Shown piece after piece: positions 39,132 through 52,650 of a stretch of DNA of 64,000 bases. How positions within the stretch are numbered: position 1 is the stretch's first letter; every line of letters starts with the position of its first letter. The DNA is from Paraphysomonas bandaiensis (lineage: Eukaryota > Protista > Chrysophyceae), in assembly GCA_965644295.1 (NCBI GenBank), contig CBFFRP010000119.1, positions 229,758 to 293,757 of the forward strand, written 5' to 3'. The notes beneath the pieces were generated by a model, which saw only the letters and a program-made list of their open reading frames with translations, was not told where the DNA came from and searched no databases. A program made the translations under genes and the position numbers.

Positions 39132-39449
39132 ATACATACATACATACATACATACATACATACATACATACATACATACATACATACATACATACATACA
39201 TACATACATACATACATACATACATACATACATACATACATACATACATACATACATACATACATACATACATACATACATACATACATACATACATACA
39301 TACATACATGCAGGTGGGTGTACATACATACATACATACATACATACATACATACATACATACATACATACATACATACATACATACATACATACATACA
39401 TACATACATACATACATACATACATACATACATACATACATACATACAT
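39132..39449. repeat. (TACA)n microsatellite upstream of PUS10
   Basis: Pure array with one interruption, GCAGGTGGGTG, which recurs at the array end. Confidence 0.98.
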
Positions 39450-39520
39450 GCAGGTGGGTGTACATGTGCATAAGTGGACATGCACTGTTGTTGAGAAACA
39501 GCATCCTCTGTGCATACTCC

Positions 39521-42436
39521 ATGGATAAAGAGGCGTTCGAACGCGTGGTTGGTCTTGGACTGTGCTTGCGATGTTGCAGCTTGTTTGTGAACCCGAAGAA
39601 TGAGAGCGTATTGCTGGTGCGGTTGGTGTTTGAGTTGTACTGTTTGATTATGTTTTATTCTGTGATGGTACTGTCTGATGGTGTGTATATTACGGTGATG
39701 TGATGCAGTGTTATGTGCTATACTTACTATAATGATACCCTGCAGATGACATGTGATGCGCTGTTCACCTCTGTATCGCAGCATCCATATTGATGCTGTG
39801 GCAATGCAGTGTTCGTATATGATGCTATGATACAAGGTTTTCATATTCATATATATTATGTCTTGATGTTTAGGGCTTTGCCATTTAATTCAACTGTGTA
39901 CTATGTTATGTCATTTTTGACAGTACAAACACCCTGTTAGGCTTATTCATGCACTCATAGGAAAATAAAGAAGCAATAGTATCTTCTATATTACAAACGC
40001 AGAAGTTAAGTGATGAGTGGGTGAGTCGTTTGTCTGAAAACGATGTCGGTGTCTGTCAGTGTTGCATGGGATTTCTGAACTCCGGTGCAATATTCGATAT
40101 CCCGTCTTTTGTATTATCTGAGCTGAAAGATTCACATAATATCACCAGTAACACGACTGTCGGGGTGGCGTTGTCATTTTCTCCTATTGTTGACGCCTTA
40201 AGGATAGGACTGAGAACAGTCGTTCTTCAAACGGCTGCGAAACAGGGTCCTTTTCCAAGTTTCACGGAGCTTTATCACCGATTAGTGTGTCGGCAGCTGG
40301 ATAGGGATGTCAATATTGTATCCCTCGATCAAGCTGAACTAAAGGTGTCCAATTCATTGATGGCGTATTAGTACCTATTGTGTTTCATGCACTGTGTACG
40401 CCAATTCGAATGACGCCTTGTTGTGCTGTAGGTATCTGTGGAAATTGGATTTTCCGATGAGACTGGTTTATCCTTGGCCATTAATCCATCCTACACGAGG
40501 AGTAAGAGGAAGCGCCTTATTGGTGGTGTAGACCTTGCCGAAGATGACAGATATATCGTCACACGGAAGGATGGAGGTGAGTGTATCTATTTGGGTGGAG
40601 TGATGTGATGTGAATGTGGAATTTTGGCTATAATTTTATGGCGTTTTCGATGCAGACAATCTGCTGTTTGCAATCAGAGATATGGCGGATTCCTCTGTTA
40701 CCCTCAATGCTCTTGAGACACGGATTTCTTCATATTTCAGCCCTCCATACGATATCTTCCGAAAAAGCTTTACTGAGTGCCCTGAAGAAAGAACTAACGA
40801 GCTTGAACGGGCTTTAGAGACTGGTACAATGCTAACATGGAGAAGTAGTATAACTATGCAGCCTGTATATCTACTGGGCAGGTAAACTCCGGGTTATATA
40901 GTATCCAGGTTAAAATATTGTGCTGCAGATATCGTAAGTACGCTCGAGATATCTCCCAGGCACCGTGGACAGTAGGGTCTGAGGAGGATACATCCAACGA
41001 TGTGGATGACCCTGAGGAAGACTCTGAGGGTGTGTACTATATTATGGATGTATTGATACGCTAAATATCACGGCAGCAGTGGCCAAAGACTCTACAGGAA
41101 CGGAGTCGAAGCAGAAGGTGCGCAAGGGACGAGGAAGCGTAGAGGAGATTCTTGGGGATGCAGTTATAGCGAGACTAGGTGCTACATCCTGCCGCATGCA
41201 TCCCTGCGGGAGAGAGGATATTGATGTACGCATGCTAGGTATTACTGTGCCATTAGCACATAATATCTTCTAATTACGTATGACATTAGGAAATGGAAGG
41301 CCGTTTGTTGTAGAGGTCCTGGAGTCGAAGTTATCTGCGACACCTGAGCGCTTGGCGTCCATAGTCTCGTATATTAAGTCAAGACAAGGCTTGAATAGCG
41401 AGCGAGACATCGACTTGGTGTGCCTGACTAAGGTTAGTGGTCTATAGTGTTTATTTTTCGCAAGTCAATGCCCTGGTGTAAAATGCACTTACCGTTTTGT
41501 CATCGTGAATTTTATTTATAGTTCTGAGCCTTTTGTTATTAATATATTTGAATTTATGTGCAATGTATAGGTTGGGAGAGAAGTATTCTCCTCGATGCAG
41601 GCAGCAGCCGAAGAGAAGAATAAGGCTTACATGTGTGTGGTGAGTTGGGGTTACTTGCAACTGAACATCCCTGCATCGTGTTGGTAATATTTCCTTAGTG
41701 TTGGTCAGAGAAGAAGCTTACTAGGGCTATGTTAAAGACGTTAGAGTATATGATCACCGCAGATGGAGCAGTGGACAGCAGCGGTACCCCTTGTTTACAG
41801 GTAGACTTCACGGTATTTATTAGATTCAGTCTATTGTTATACTTGTCTATTATCTATCATTTCTGTATTCTTACTCGCCGTAATTATTCAGATCACTCAA
41901 AAGACTCCACTTCGCGTACTGCATCGGCGCTCGTTGATCCCACGCATACGGCACATATATCACCTAGACACTGTGCTACTAAACGAGCATTACTTTTTGC
42001 TTAATGTCACCACTTCAGCAGGTTTATGATTAATGATCATTGCACCATATTGATTGTCCATTTATAAAATGTGCATATACTGTGGATGTTGCGAACCTAT
42101 TGATGTATTCTGTCCTGACGCTTTTCCTGTCAGGCACGTATGTGAAAGAATTTGTGCACGGAGATCTTGGGCGTACAAAACCCAGTGTGTCGTCAATTCT
42201 TGAAACGAATGTACGTGTTCTGCGGTGTACTATTCACTTCGTATTACGTAATGCTGATCTCATTTCAGGCGGATATTCTACAACTAGATGTAGTCTGGTT
42301 ATTTGATTCATTTGAAGGCAACGAGTTAGATGATGTTGAAGATGATAGTGCCGGTACAGAGTCGGTGACTTGGGTGGATATGAAAAAGTTAAAAGTATGT
42401 AGGAGTAGAGAATCAGGATCCATCGAATCGCCATAA
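39521..42436 (+). CDS. PUS10: tRNA pseudouridine synthase Pus10, many exons
   Basis: CLRC/CQCC zinc site, GRYRKYARDISQAPW, GREDIDVRMLG|NGRPF, QKTPLRVLHRRS, AGTYVKEFVHGDLGRT.PS and ADILQLDV. Confidence 0.93.
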
Positions 42437-42482
42437 TAATATTGACGAATCATAGAGAACATAATATAGATGTTCTGATTAA

Positions 42483-43941
42483 CAGGCTTGCGTAACAATT
42501 AAATGGCAATTATTAATCAAGCATCCAATTAATTGCCTTTAATTCTATTGATAGATTTTAGAACTATAATCTCATTCCAAAGAAACATTAACATTTTCAC
42601 GCAGAAAATTCAACTTTTCAAGGTGTCTAGGTGTCACTCGCTTGAAAAAATCTAGTCATAGCAATCTTAGCTCTGCTAAACAACCTCTCACAAACATTGG
42701 TAGTGCAATACTAATACTTCATTCAACGATATCGTGTTGGAAGTTTGATGCGTGCTTTTTGGCGATTTTGATTGCCTTTAAAAAGTAAACGAATAGCCTC
42801 GACTTCCTCCTCTCATCTTTCCCTTCATCAAGTTCAACCTCGTGTGCAGGTACATCATTTATCAAAAAGCGTCGCACCTGTGCTTTTTTAGCACCGCGCT
42901 GAATTTTGACTACTGCTCTCTAGAAATCTGCCTTTTGAACAATTTCCGCGTCTGCACCCAGGTGAAATTTATCCCAGGTACTGACGAATTAAATCATCAT
43001 TTGTTCATTCGATGCCATCCTGTTGAATAAATAAGAATGATAAGTATGGCTATCCAATGCTTCTAGTCCATTACTGTTATACACAGACACTACGGATCCT
43101 CTGGTATACACAGACACTACGGATCCTCTGTATTAAGATATATTCTTGCACACACACATACTTCTCTTCCTCTGATAGTGGCACCTCTATAAGAGAGTCT
43201 GATAGATTTATACCCCCACAATATTGGTGCACGAGAAATACAGGGAACTATCAGCCGTATAAGTCCGTGGGGAAGCTGTGAGCCAATCTGTAAGCCAGTT
43301 GAGCACTATGATTGGCTCAGGAAAGTACAAAAGTAGAGTAAGAGGAATAGTCGTTGATATGAGGACTCAGGGTACAAGGCAAGCTGGGGGACATCTGGGC
43401 TTTGTTCTGGTCCACATTGGAGTAGAGTGAGGCCTGTTATGGCTAATTTAGTGCAACTTTGTGTTGGGCGGTATTTTGTTCCGAAGAGCAAAGAAAAGTG
43501 TAGGAGTACCTAACGGATACACTTCTAGCGTCATTTACACTACTATACTTGAATATTTCGAAGCAGTTGAATATGTTATCACATTACAATATTATGCTAT
43601 GTATCTAGACGATTGTTATGGAGGTGCTCAGTTTGTTCTTTGCCAACGATCTTTGACATGATATAGCACTCTTGCATGCTGAGGTTAAAGTGTGTACTAA
43701 CCTAATTACGATTAATAAAATGATAACGTGACTGTGCACATACATCCATACTACTATGCTAACATATAATGGGTGTGTACCTAAGATCAGTAGCTAGATA
43801 TCGTAAGATGCTGTATATAATTTAGCCAACCAATTAATTGGCAACAATTTCCAATAATAATTGACATTATCACTTTTAAAGCCAATTAATTGGCAATTAT
43901 TGCCAATAAATTGAAAACCAATTAATTGTTACGCAAGCCTG
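42483..43941 (-). mobile_element. Non-autonomous hAT element
   Basis: Perfect 20-bp TIR CAGGCTTGCGTAACAATTAA. Perfect 8-bp TSD CTGATTAA at 42475-42482 and 43942-43949. Transposase remnant TNVCERLFSRAK. Confidence 0.93.
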
Positions 43942-44210
43942 CTGATTAATATGTGGCGATTTTATTTCACTGGTATCGTCGCTGCGTTCTAATAATTCGA
44001 ATTAAGGAAATATTCTCTATGACTTCCATATATTTTTCTGCATGTAGCATACAGAGAAACATAGTCTACCTATCTAATTCGAATGGGCTATTCTTTGTCA
44101 CAAAGTAAACTATATGTCAACGCATATTGTATGAAACGATTGTGATAAAACATTTGTGCAACTACCACTGAAGGCTCCACATCCAATTTGGAGTCAACTA
44201 CAAATATTTA

Positions 44211-44933
44211 TTAACTAGTACGAGCGAGTCCTCTCAAAAACAAAGGCCACACCCACGCAAGAAGTGCACTAGCAATCAAAATTACAACTAGTACTAAACT
44301 AAGAGAAGTACGGCAGCCATATCTGCTATTATTCGCCAAAGTTGCAAGCCCAGCAACTATGTGAAGCAAAAATATGACACACACAAGAATTTTTGATCGA
44401 TATCGCTCAGCGAGAAACGCTAGGCACATGAGTACAACATCAAGAACACAAAACCCGAGAGATAAAATCGCGGAGACCAATATCAGAGGCACGGATGGGC
44501 ATGAGTCTTCAAACAATACTCCAGTACCTGTGCTGGACAAAAGAACCGAGCCGTACAAAAGTAAGGAGTGCATCGTTCCATAACCTACTCCAGCAGCAAG
44601 ACTGGATGAAATATCATTAAGTGGAAATGCTTCGTTTGAATGAGGCGATGACCGCTTGATAAGTGTTTCAGTTCTTCGGTATGCATATACGAACACAAAG
44701 CGAGATATTTCTTGAAAAACAGCAGATAATATAACCAGCAACGGCCATAAATTTACTCCTCCCGACTGAAATATTGTCCATAGCATCGCTGTGGCAAGCG
44801 CTGAGCATAGCCACGCAAATGCACTGCCCAGTGCGATAATTATCAACTGAGGCCTTTCTGAAAACATTATCAGGAAAGAACAAGATGGGGCGTATGCGAT
44901 AAGCCCACATCCTATTCGGAGCATTCGTGACAT
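44211..44933 (-). CDS. APH1: Gamma-secretase subunit APH-1, intronless
   Basis: About 7 TM helices, with GCGLIAY.P, AF.WL.S.L, QE..RF, GVGYG (GxxxG-type) and LLH. Confidence 0.88.
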   Translation of the reverse strand: MSRMLRIGCGLIAYAPSCSFLIMFSERPQLIIIALGSAFAWLCSALATAMLWTIFQSGGVNLWPLLVILSAVFQEISRFVFVYAYRRTETLIKRSSPHSNEAFPLNDISSSLAAGVGYGTMHSLLLYGSVLLSSTGTGVLFEDSCPSVPLILVSAILSLGFCVLDVVLMCLAFLAERYRSKILVCVIFLLHIVAGLATLANNSRYGCRTSLSLVLVVILIASALLAWVWPLFLRGLARTS

Positions 44934-45488
44934 GTTTCCTTATGTGTATTGGAAAGTACGCCTCTATGAACTGGATACAGCCGATGTGTTTAATTGAGGG
45001 CCGGATAGCTCCAGGATAGCATGGTATGGTACGGTACGGTACGGTACGGCATGCTGTACGCTGTGCCACTGTACGCTGCACACACAGCAGCAGGAATACA
45101 GGAATACATGCCATATACTGCTCGAAATACTGTATATACAGCATGAAGTAAACGAAGTGACTCTGCCTGTGTGTCCAACCTGCGGCATGTGGGTGGAAGT
45201 CTCTCGGTCTCCACACACACAGTATCGTCATGCTATGTGCAGGAACTGGAGTTCCTCTCCCTGACTCAGCGGCTGCTGGATATCACGAGACGACAATGAA
45301 CAGCACTGTGATGCACAGCAGATAGATATTTTTAAATTTTTGGCAAATTTCCAACTTTTCTGAAACCGTTTCTATACAGAGTGTGCACTGTACTGTACTG
45401 TACTGTGTATCTACCTGATGCATTATCTCTATTTATGCTGGTGATGCAATCGATACCGATGCAGCAGTGGGCGTGGAAAGCTTAACGT

Positions 45489-46956
45489 ATGATTGGTATT
45501 CATTAGAGGCCCATCAAGTAGCCACACACAGTGTAAGAGAGGAAGGGACCAACTAGAACACTAATAAATCACAGAGCTGATATTAGTACGCAAGTGAGGC
45601 CCTCGTGTAGACATAAGACGAGATATTCAACAGTATGGCGGTTAGTCGTGTGAGCGAGTGGTACGTGTATACTTTTTAAGTGAAGCATAGTACATTTCTT
45701 ATGATTGGAGCCACAGCGTGAGGAATTGATTGAATTGATCGTCTAATATAGTCAAAGATACAACACTTTCGTTTTTACTATTTAAAGGATGAGTTGGCTT
45801 GGAAAATACTGTACAGATGTGTGAATTTCTCTCATCTCATCTCGTTTGATATCTGATACGATGTTGGTTTGGGTGTCTTCTGGAAGGGATAGATGATTAC
45901 TAGCCAGTCTTAATATGCAAACACTTATATTTTTTTCATTAACACCACTTTTCTAACAGCCTTTTATGACTTTCATATGATTGGTATTCATTAGAGGCCC
46001 ATCAAGTAGCCATACACAGTGTAAGAGAGGGAGGGACCAACTAGAACACTAATAAATCACAGAGCTGATATTAGTACGCAAGTGAGGCCCTCGTGTAGAC
46101 ATAAGACGAGATATTCAACAGTATGGCGGTTAGTCGTGTGAGCGAGTGGTACGTGTATACTTTTTAAGTGAAGCGTAGTACATTTCTTATGATTGGAGCC
46201 ACAGCGTGAGGAATTTTAAGATTGAATTGATCGTCTAATATAGTCAAAGATACAACACTTTCGTTTTTACTATTTAAAGGATGAGTTGGCTTGGAAAATA
46301 CTGTACAGATGTGTGAATTTCTCTCATCTCATCTCGTTTGATATCTGATACGATGTTGGTTTGGGTGTCTTCTGGAAGGGATAGATGATTACTAGCCAGT
46401 CTTAATATGCAAACACTTATATTTTTTTCATTAACACCACTTTTCTAACAGCCTTTTATGACTTTCATATGATTGGTATTCATTAGAGGCCCATCAAGTA
46501 GCCATACACAGTGTAAGAGAGGAAGGGACCAACTAGAACACTAATAAATCACAGAGCTGATATTAGTACGCAAGTGAGGCCCTCGTGTAGACATAAGACG
46601 AGATATTCAACAGTATGGCGGTTAGTCGTGTGAGCGAGTGGTACGTGTATACTTTTTAAGTGAAGCGTAGTACATTTCTTATGATTGGAGCCACAGCGTG
46701 AGGAATTGATTGAATTGATCGTCTAATATAGTCAAAGATACAACACTTTCGTTTTTACTATTTAAAGGATGAGTTGGCTTGGAAAATACTGTACAGATGT
46801 GTGAATTTCTCTCATCTCATCTCGTTTGATATCTGATACGATGTTGGTTTGGGTGTCTTCTGGAAGGGATAGATGATTACTAGCCAGTCTTAATATGCAA
46901 ACACTTATATTTTTTTCATTAACACCACTTTTCTAACAGCCTTTCATGACTTTCAT
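45489..46956. repeat. Near-identical ~490-bp tandem triplication
   Basis: Units start at 45489, 45977 and 46469 and differ by a few substitutions and a 4-bp indel. Confidence 0.97.
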
Positions 46957-47345
46957 GACGTTTATAATTCTATCAGCTATTAGTATCTCAAATCTCGGAA
47001 AGCGTCGTGCATTCTGTAACGAACTGTGTAGAGATAATATTAATACCTTATACTGCTCCGAATATGACTTGAGCTTAGCATACTTTCTCAGTCGAAAATC
47101 ATCTCACTTGTCATGCCATGGATGCGAAGGATATAACAATTAGAGTATAGTATTTCTTTATGATATTTGATATGGTGGTATGTGCTGAAGGCAGCGTAGC
47201 AATATCTAGAGCAAGAAAAGGAACATAAACAGTCACTGAGTGAAAACATTGCTTATTTACTAGCAATACATGCGATGCTTTAAGCCACAGTCCACACCAA
47301 TGGAACATGTAATATATTTATATCCACAACACTTGTCATAAACTC

Positions 47346-48343
47346 TCAACGCCTTCGCCTCTCCCTACTCCTGCTCCTACGGTCTCTGTCGTGACGAGAG
47401 CGGTCCCTGTCTCTACTACGAGCGTCTGGGCTACCTTCCCTGTCCCTCCTAGAGTGCCGTCTGTCGTCCCTCTCACGACTTCTACTTCTCCTCCTGCGCC
47501 CTTCTCTTCCTCCCGATCTACTCCTGCTACTGCGCTGAGCACTGTCTCTGGTTCTGTTCCTTTCCTCATCCGTTTTTCTCTCTTCAGCTTTAGGATTTGA
47601 TGACGACACAGGCTCCTCCGCGTCATCGTAACGGCCATCCTTGACATCTACTTTAGGGTTCATGAGAAAACCATAGTTATTATTCAATCTTGCAAGAGCG
47701 GCCATCTCCTTCGCGGTTCTGTCTTTACGGCCCCCTTTTGCACGACGCCCGAAATCGTCAAATCCATCCTCAGCAATTTCAAGAGTGCCAGCAGATGCCC
47801 GCTCCTGCCGCTCATTAAAGCCACCACCAATACCGTCACGTACTTCTGCCTCGGTCTTAAATATATGACACAAAATACGTTAATACTACTAATGCAAAAC
47901 CAGGATCCTTACAATAAGCGCCGCAGGCTTCGCGGTAGAACATCGGTTACATGATGCCCGCCAAGACCAGTTCACATTTGCGCAAGAAGGGCACTCCCAG
48001 TCCTAAAGCAGAAAGTATTGGGTACAGTAAGAGAGAGTAGACGCAGACTTACAGGACCCTTCGCATCTTTCTCGAAACCTCTTCCTCGTCCTGCTGCCCC
48101 TCTCCCACCTCTTCCGCGCCCTCTCCCTCCACCGAAAGATGAAAACTGCATGGCATCGACCCCTTGCATATCAGTGGCATCACTTTCTATAACTGTGTGT
48201 TGTGCGTGATCCCCATCAGAGTGCGGCTCACGATTGTCTTCTACTACTACATCAGTCCACATTCCTGCGGGAAGCACAGGGACACCCCCTGACCCACGAC
48301 CGCGTCCCCTCCCTCTCCCAGTTGAAACTCCGTGATCAGTCAT
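47346..48343 (-). CDS. RGG / RanBP2-type zinc finger / RS-domain RNA-binding protein (ZRANB2-like), 3 exons
   Basis: GRGRG repeats, DWECPSCANVNWSWRASCNRC, R.G.GGGFNERQ, DGFDDFGRR and an RS-rich tail. Confidence 0.82.
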
Positions 48344-48386
48344 TGAGATATCGTTTACACTCCAGAAATCTACCCATCCGTAATAA

Positions 48387-48405
48387 ACATACATACATAC
48401 ATACA

Positions 48406-48437
<32 letters not shown>

Positions 48438-49235
48438 CATACATACATACATACATACATACATACATACATACATACATACATACATACATACATACAT
48501 ACATACATACATACATACATACATACATACATACATACATACATACATACATACATACATACATACATACATACATACATACATACATACATACATACAT
48601 ACATACATACATACATACATACATACATACATACATACATACATACATACATACATACATACATACATACATACATACATACATACATACATACATACAT
48701 ACATACATACATACATACATACATACATACATACATACATACATACATACATACATACATACATACATACATACATACATACATACATACATACATACAT
48801 ACATACATACATACATACATACATACACACATGCATACATACATACATACATACATACATACATACATACATACATACATACATACATACATACATACAT
48901 ACATACATACATACATACATACATACATACATACATACATACATACATACATACATACATACATACATACATACATACATACATACATACATACATACAT
49001 ACATACATACATACATACATACATACATACATACATACATACATACATACATACTGTACATACATACATACATACATACATACATACATACATACATACA
49101 TACATACATACATACATACATACATACATACATACATACATACATACATACATACATACATACATACATACATACATACATACATACATACATACATACA
49201 TACATACATACATACATACATACATACATACATAC
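48387..49235. repeat. ~850-bp (TACA)n microsatellite filling a divergent intergenic gap
   Basis: Directly visible, with three small interruptions. Confidence 0.98.
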
Positions 49236-49338
49236 TACGTCGTATGTATTCGTGGTGACATTGGAATGGTTATATCTGGTCTGTGGCGACCCACAACACA
49301 GTAGCAAAGTGAGTATTTCTTTATCTTGCGGTAGTGTT

Positions 49339-50603
49339 ATGGGCCAGCATCCAAGACTAACACCATGGAAAGACTGGGATGAATGGAGTCTAGTTCGGAA
49401 TGGACTGTATTCGCGTGATATATCAGAGCAGGTATGTGTGGAAGCGTAGCACTGTGTTATCTTAGCATACTGCAGATATGGGCGTTAGAAGTAATAAGTA
49501 TGTGGCGAACGAGAGGCAGAATTCCCCATTCTGTTGATTCGAGTAGTCAACTGGTTGAGGTATGAAGAACACAATGCTAGTTAGAGTTATGACGTGCATA
49601 TTGCTAGGTCATTATAAACGATTTAGACCCACCTTGCACACAATTCTGCCAGCCACAACGGTCTGAGTCTGAGATCCGCCTGATGTATTCAATTGCAATT
49701 GTTCGAGGAGTAAATGGCTTGGTGGACCAATCGCAGCAAGGGTACTTTGCGGACTCTGTGATGTCTCTGGCTGTAAAACTGGGTCTACCAGCGTGGTTCG
49801 TAGAGCTTAGACACGAAGCCACGCACAATCAACTCCCTGCCCTTCGAACTCTTCGTAGTGCTGCTAAGAACTTGCTTCTGTGGTACCGTGATAGCTATTG
49901 GGACCGACAGCAAGGTTTTCTTGATAGCCTTGTTGTTCATAGCGATGGGGAGACCGGGGCTGTCTTCTCGAAGGGGTCCACCTCACTTTGCAATGTACTT
50001 ATTCCTCGCCTTCTCGCCAATCTACGTATCGGGCTAGAGGGTGAGCAGCAGCACTGGTGGCCATTGGTGGAGAAGGCGCTTGATAGTCACCCATCTGCTG
50101 GAGGAGTACTGCTGCGGCGTCTGTGTGCAGAAGGGGAGCGTTTGATCAAAGTGGGTGAGGGCGCAGAAAACGTAGTGTGGTGGTGCGACGCGATTTTATC
50201 CCACCTGAAAAGCTCTAAACCGACCGGAGAGATCTTATGTCCACCTGATTGTATTGCTCGACTCAATGCAGTCCTCCCACCTGGGCACAAGGATAAGCTT
50301 CAACCCTTTCTCGGATCATCAACTGGACACAAGCGAGACCGTCACGGAGTTCCCCTAACAGTAGTGACGAACATGCAACGGGGGCATAGCACCCAGAGTG
50401 CTGCGAGCTCAACCCCAACTGCAACTGATGATGAAGATTTACAAGCAATAGATTTGGGAGATATGAGGGCTTGGCTCAAAGAACAAGGCGATAGTAATCC
50501 GCCACGAGACCGTAGAAAACAGCGTCGAACCTTACCTCTTGGAGTGTCATCCTGTGCGTTCGTTGAGCCGTCACTATATCTGTTAGAATATGATGATACA
50601 TGA
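49339..50603 (+). CDS. LAS1: Las1-like pre-rRNA ITS2 endonuclease (HEPN), 3 exons
   Basis: TPW.DWDEW..V, W..RGRIPHSVDSS, YS.AIVRGVNGLVD, GLP.WFVELRHEATH..LP (RxxxxH) and YW. Confidence 0.9.
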
Positions 50604-50691
50604 TTTTGTAACTTAAATATTCCGAAATCTTATGTTATGTAGATTTGTTATCAATGTATACAACCCAGAATCTGTAAGCCAATCTTTATAG

Positions 50692-51491
50692 CAGGGATAG
50701 GGAACAATATATTGCAATACTATTGTTAGATAGCGTTCCATCAATAGTATTGATGGATTTTTTAAACCGGTCCTACAATACAATTACAATATATTGCAAT
50801 ATATTGTCAATGTATTGCAATATATTAGTATGACTAATCAGTAGGTAAACACATCCGTAGATTTCATTTTTAGTATTAGTCATTAAGATCACATGACAAC
50901 CAATACAACTGCTGCTTATAGCTACTAAAAATCCACCTCGTCCTCATCCTCTGAGTCATCGTCGGTGACGTCAACATCACCATATTCATCCACAGAATAA
51001 ATTGAAATATATGCTAGTATCCGGTCATAACTGTCGAATAGCTTTCAGAAACAACAGCATATTAAGTAGGATGGATACTTTTGCGAAACACTGATATAAT
51101 ATGTTTAGCTGTGCTGAACAGACGTTCCCATGTATTGGAAGTACATACCAGGGCCAGGCAACCGTTAATGACTCGTGGATCTCTACGTTTCTTAATTTTT
51201 TGAGCTGACTGAAGGTTTTTAGTCGCATAGTCAACATCAGCTTCATTATCCTTTGTAATGTTGTAATCAATTTCTCGGTTATTTATATCCATTTTGCACC
51301 CTACAGTTGAGAATCTTTTCTTATATGACTACATAATATTGATTGCAATATATTGCAATAGTATTGTGAGCTCTTTTAACAGAAACACTATTGATGGAAT
51401 ATTTGACTAGTCCACCAATCAATATACTTTACAATATATTGCAATATATTGTACAATGTATTGCAATACAATATATTGTTCCCTATCCCTG
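50692..51491 (-). mobile_element. 800-bp non-autonomous hAT element
   Basis: TIR CAGGGATAGGGAACAATATATTG. Perfect 8-bp TSD CTTTATAG at 50684-50691 and 51492-51499. Remnant CTSNTWERLFSTAK. Confidence 0.93.
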
Positions 51492-51795
51492 CTTTATAGC
51501 TTATAAGTTTATAGCTTTTTGATATCCTCTTTCTCGTCTGATCTGGACAAGATGTTTTGACTTCTTTGCAATATAGTATACTAGGCAATTGACAGCTACA
51601 CATAAAAAAGTGCAATTACAATCTAGATATGACACGGCTTGAGTGTTGCAGACGTCAAATTTCATTACGCAGCTTACTTGCAGATCTCACTACACTAACA
51701 GCAAGCAAAGTACACGAAACCAGATACTAGTAAGCCAGCCATGTGTATAAATACATCTACGTATGTAATAATAGAAAACAAAACACTGCCAGCAA

Positions 51796-52236
51796 TTAAA
51801 ATTCGGCTTCCTCGTCATCCGACAAGGTGGAGCTCGACTGCGCAACACGTTTCGGCGCACTGGAACTGGCTCTGGTAAGGCCAGACCGTAGTGCCGCACG
51901 TCTTTTGCTCCGTGGAATAATATTCGAAGCATCCATTGCCCCATAATCTTCACTCACGAAAGCTGGCTCTGCATCCTCGTCAGGTGCCACTTCATCATCG
52001 GAGTCGTGTTTTGCTTTCTTCGATGAGGAGGAGGCTGATGCTGAAGAGGGACGTTTCTGCTTCAGACCAATGATTTCATCCATGATGCGTTCGTCCTCAG
52101 AATCACTTTCGTCCTCCTCCTCGTCATCACTATTATCTTGCTGGTCGTCATCCTCTCCTTCATCATCAGAAGCATTTAATCTCTTATCGACATCCTCATC
52201 CTCTGAAGCGCTACGTCCCTTCTTCCCTGTTGACAT
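51796..52236 (-). CDS. Small acidic protein with a CHZ-like histone-chaperone motif
   Basis: D/E tracts, an NLS-like KKAK, and MDASNIIPRSKRR resembling the CHZ motif (D.SNII..RR). Confidence 0.6.
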   Translation of the reverse strand: MSTGKKGRSASEDEDVDKRLNASDDEGEDDDQQDNSDDEEEDESDSEDERIMDEIIGLKQKRPSSASASSSSKKAKHDSDDEVAPDEDAEPAFVSEDYGAMDASNIIPRSKRRAALRSGLTRASSSAPKRVAQSSSTLSDDEEAEF

Positions 52237-52650
52237 TGGACTCTGTTAAGGGTCTAAACGTTCAAGGGTTTTGCAATAATGACGATGATTTCGTATATAT
52301 AATAGTGGTGATGGGATTCCTTTACTTTACACCGCTGTCGGTCGAGATTATCCCACCAGGAGGGAAAATGTCCAATTATTGCATTTTGTCGAATTACAGA
52401 AACAGTGGTTTTAATCCCTCAAAATCAAGAAATGGGAGTTTATCAAACACATAAAATGTGTTTCTTCTGTACATGATCTGGAAAATACTACAGCAGTATA
52501 CATCCGTATAGAGCGGTATACCGCATACGGTTGTGGGTAAACCAGTGCAAAGATGCGTACAAATACACTGAGCACTGAGCCTGCTTCTCATCGTGATTGC
52601 TCTCCTGTGATTGGATTGGGCATCACTCCTCCTTAACTTTCAACACTGTA

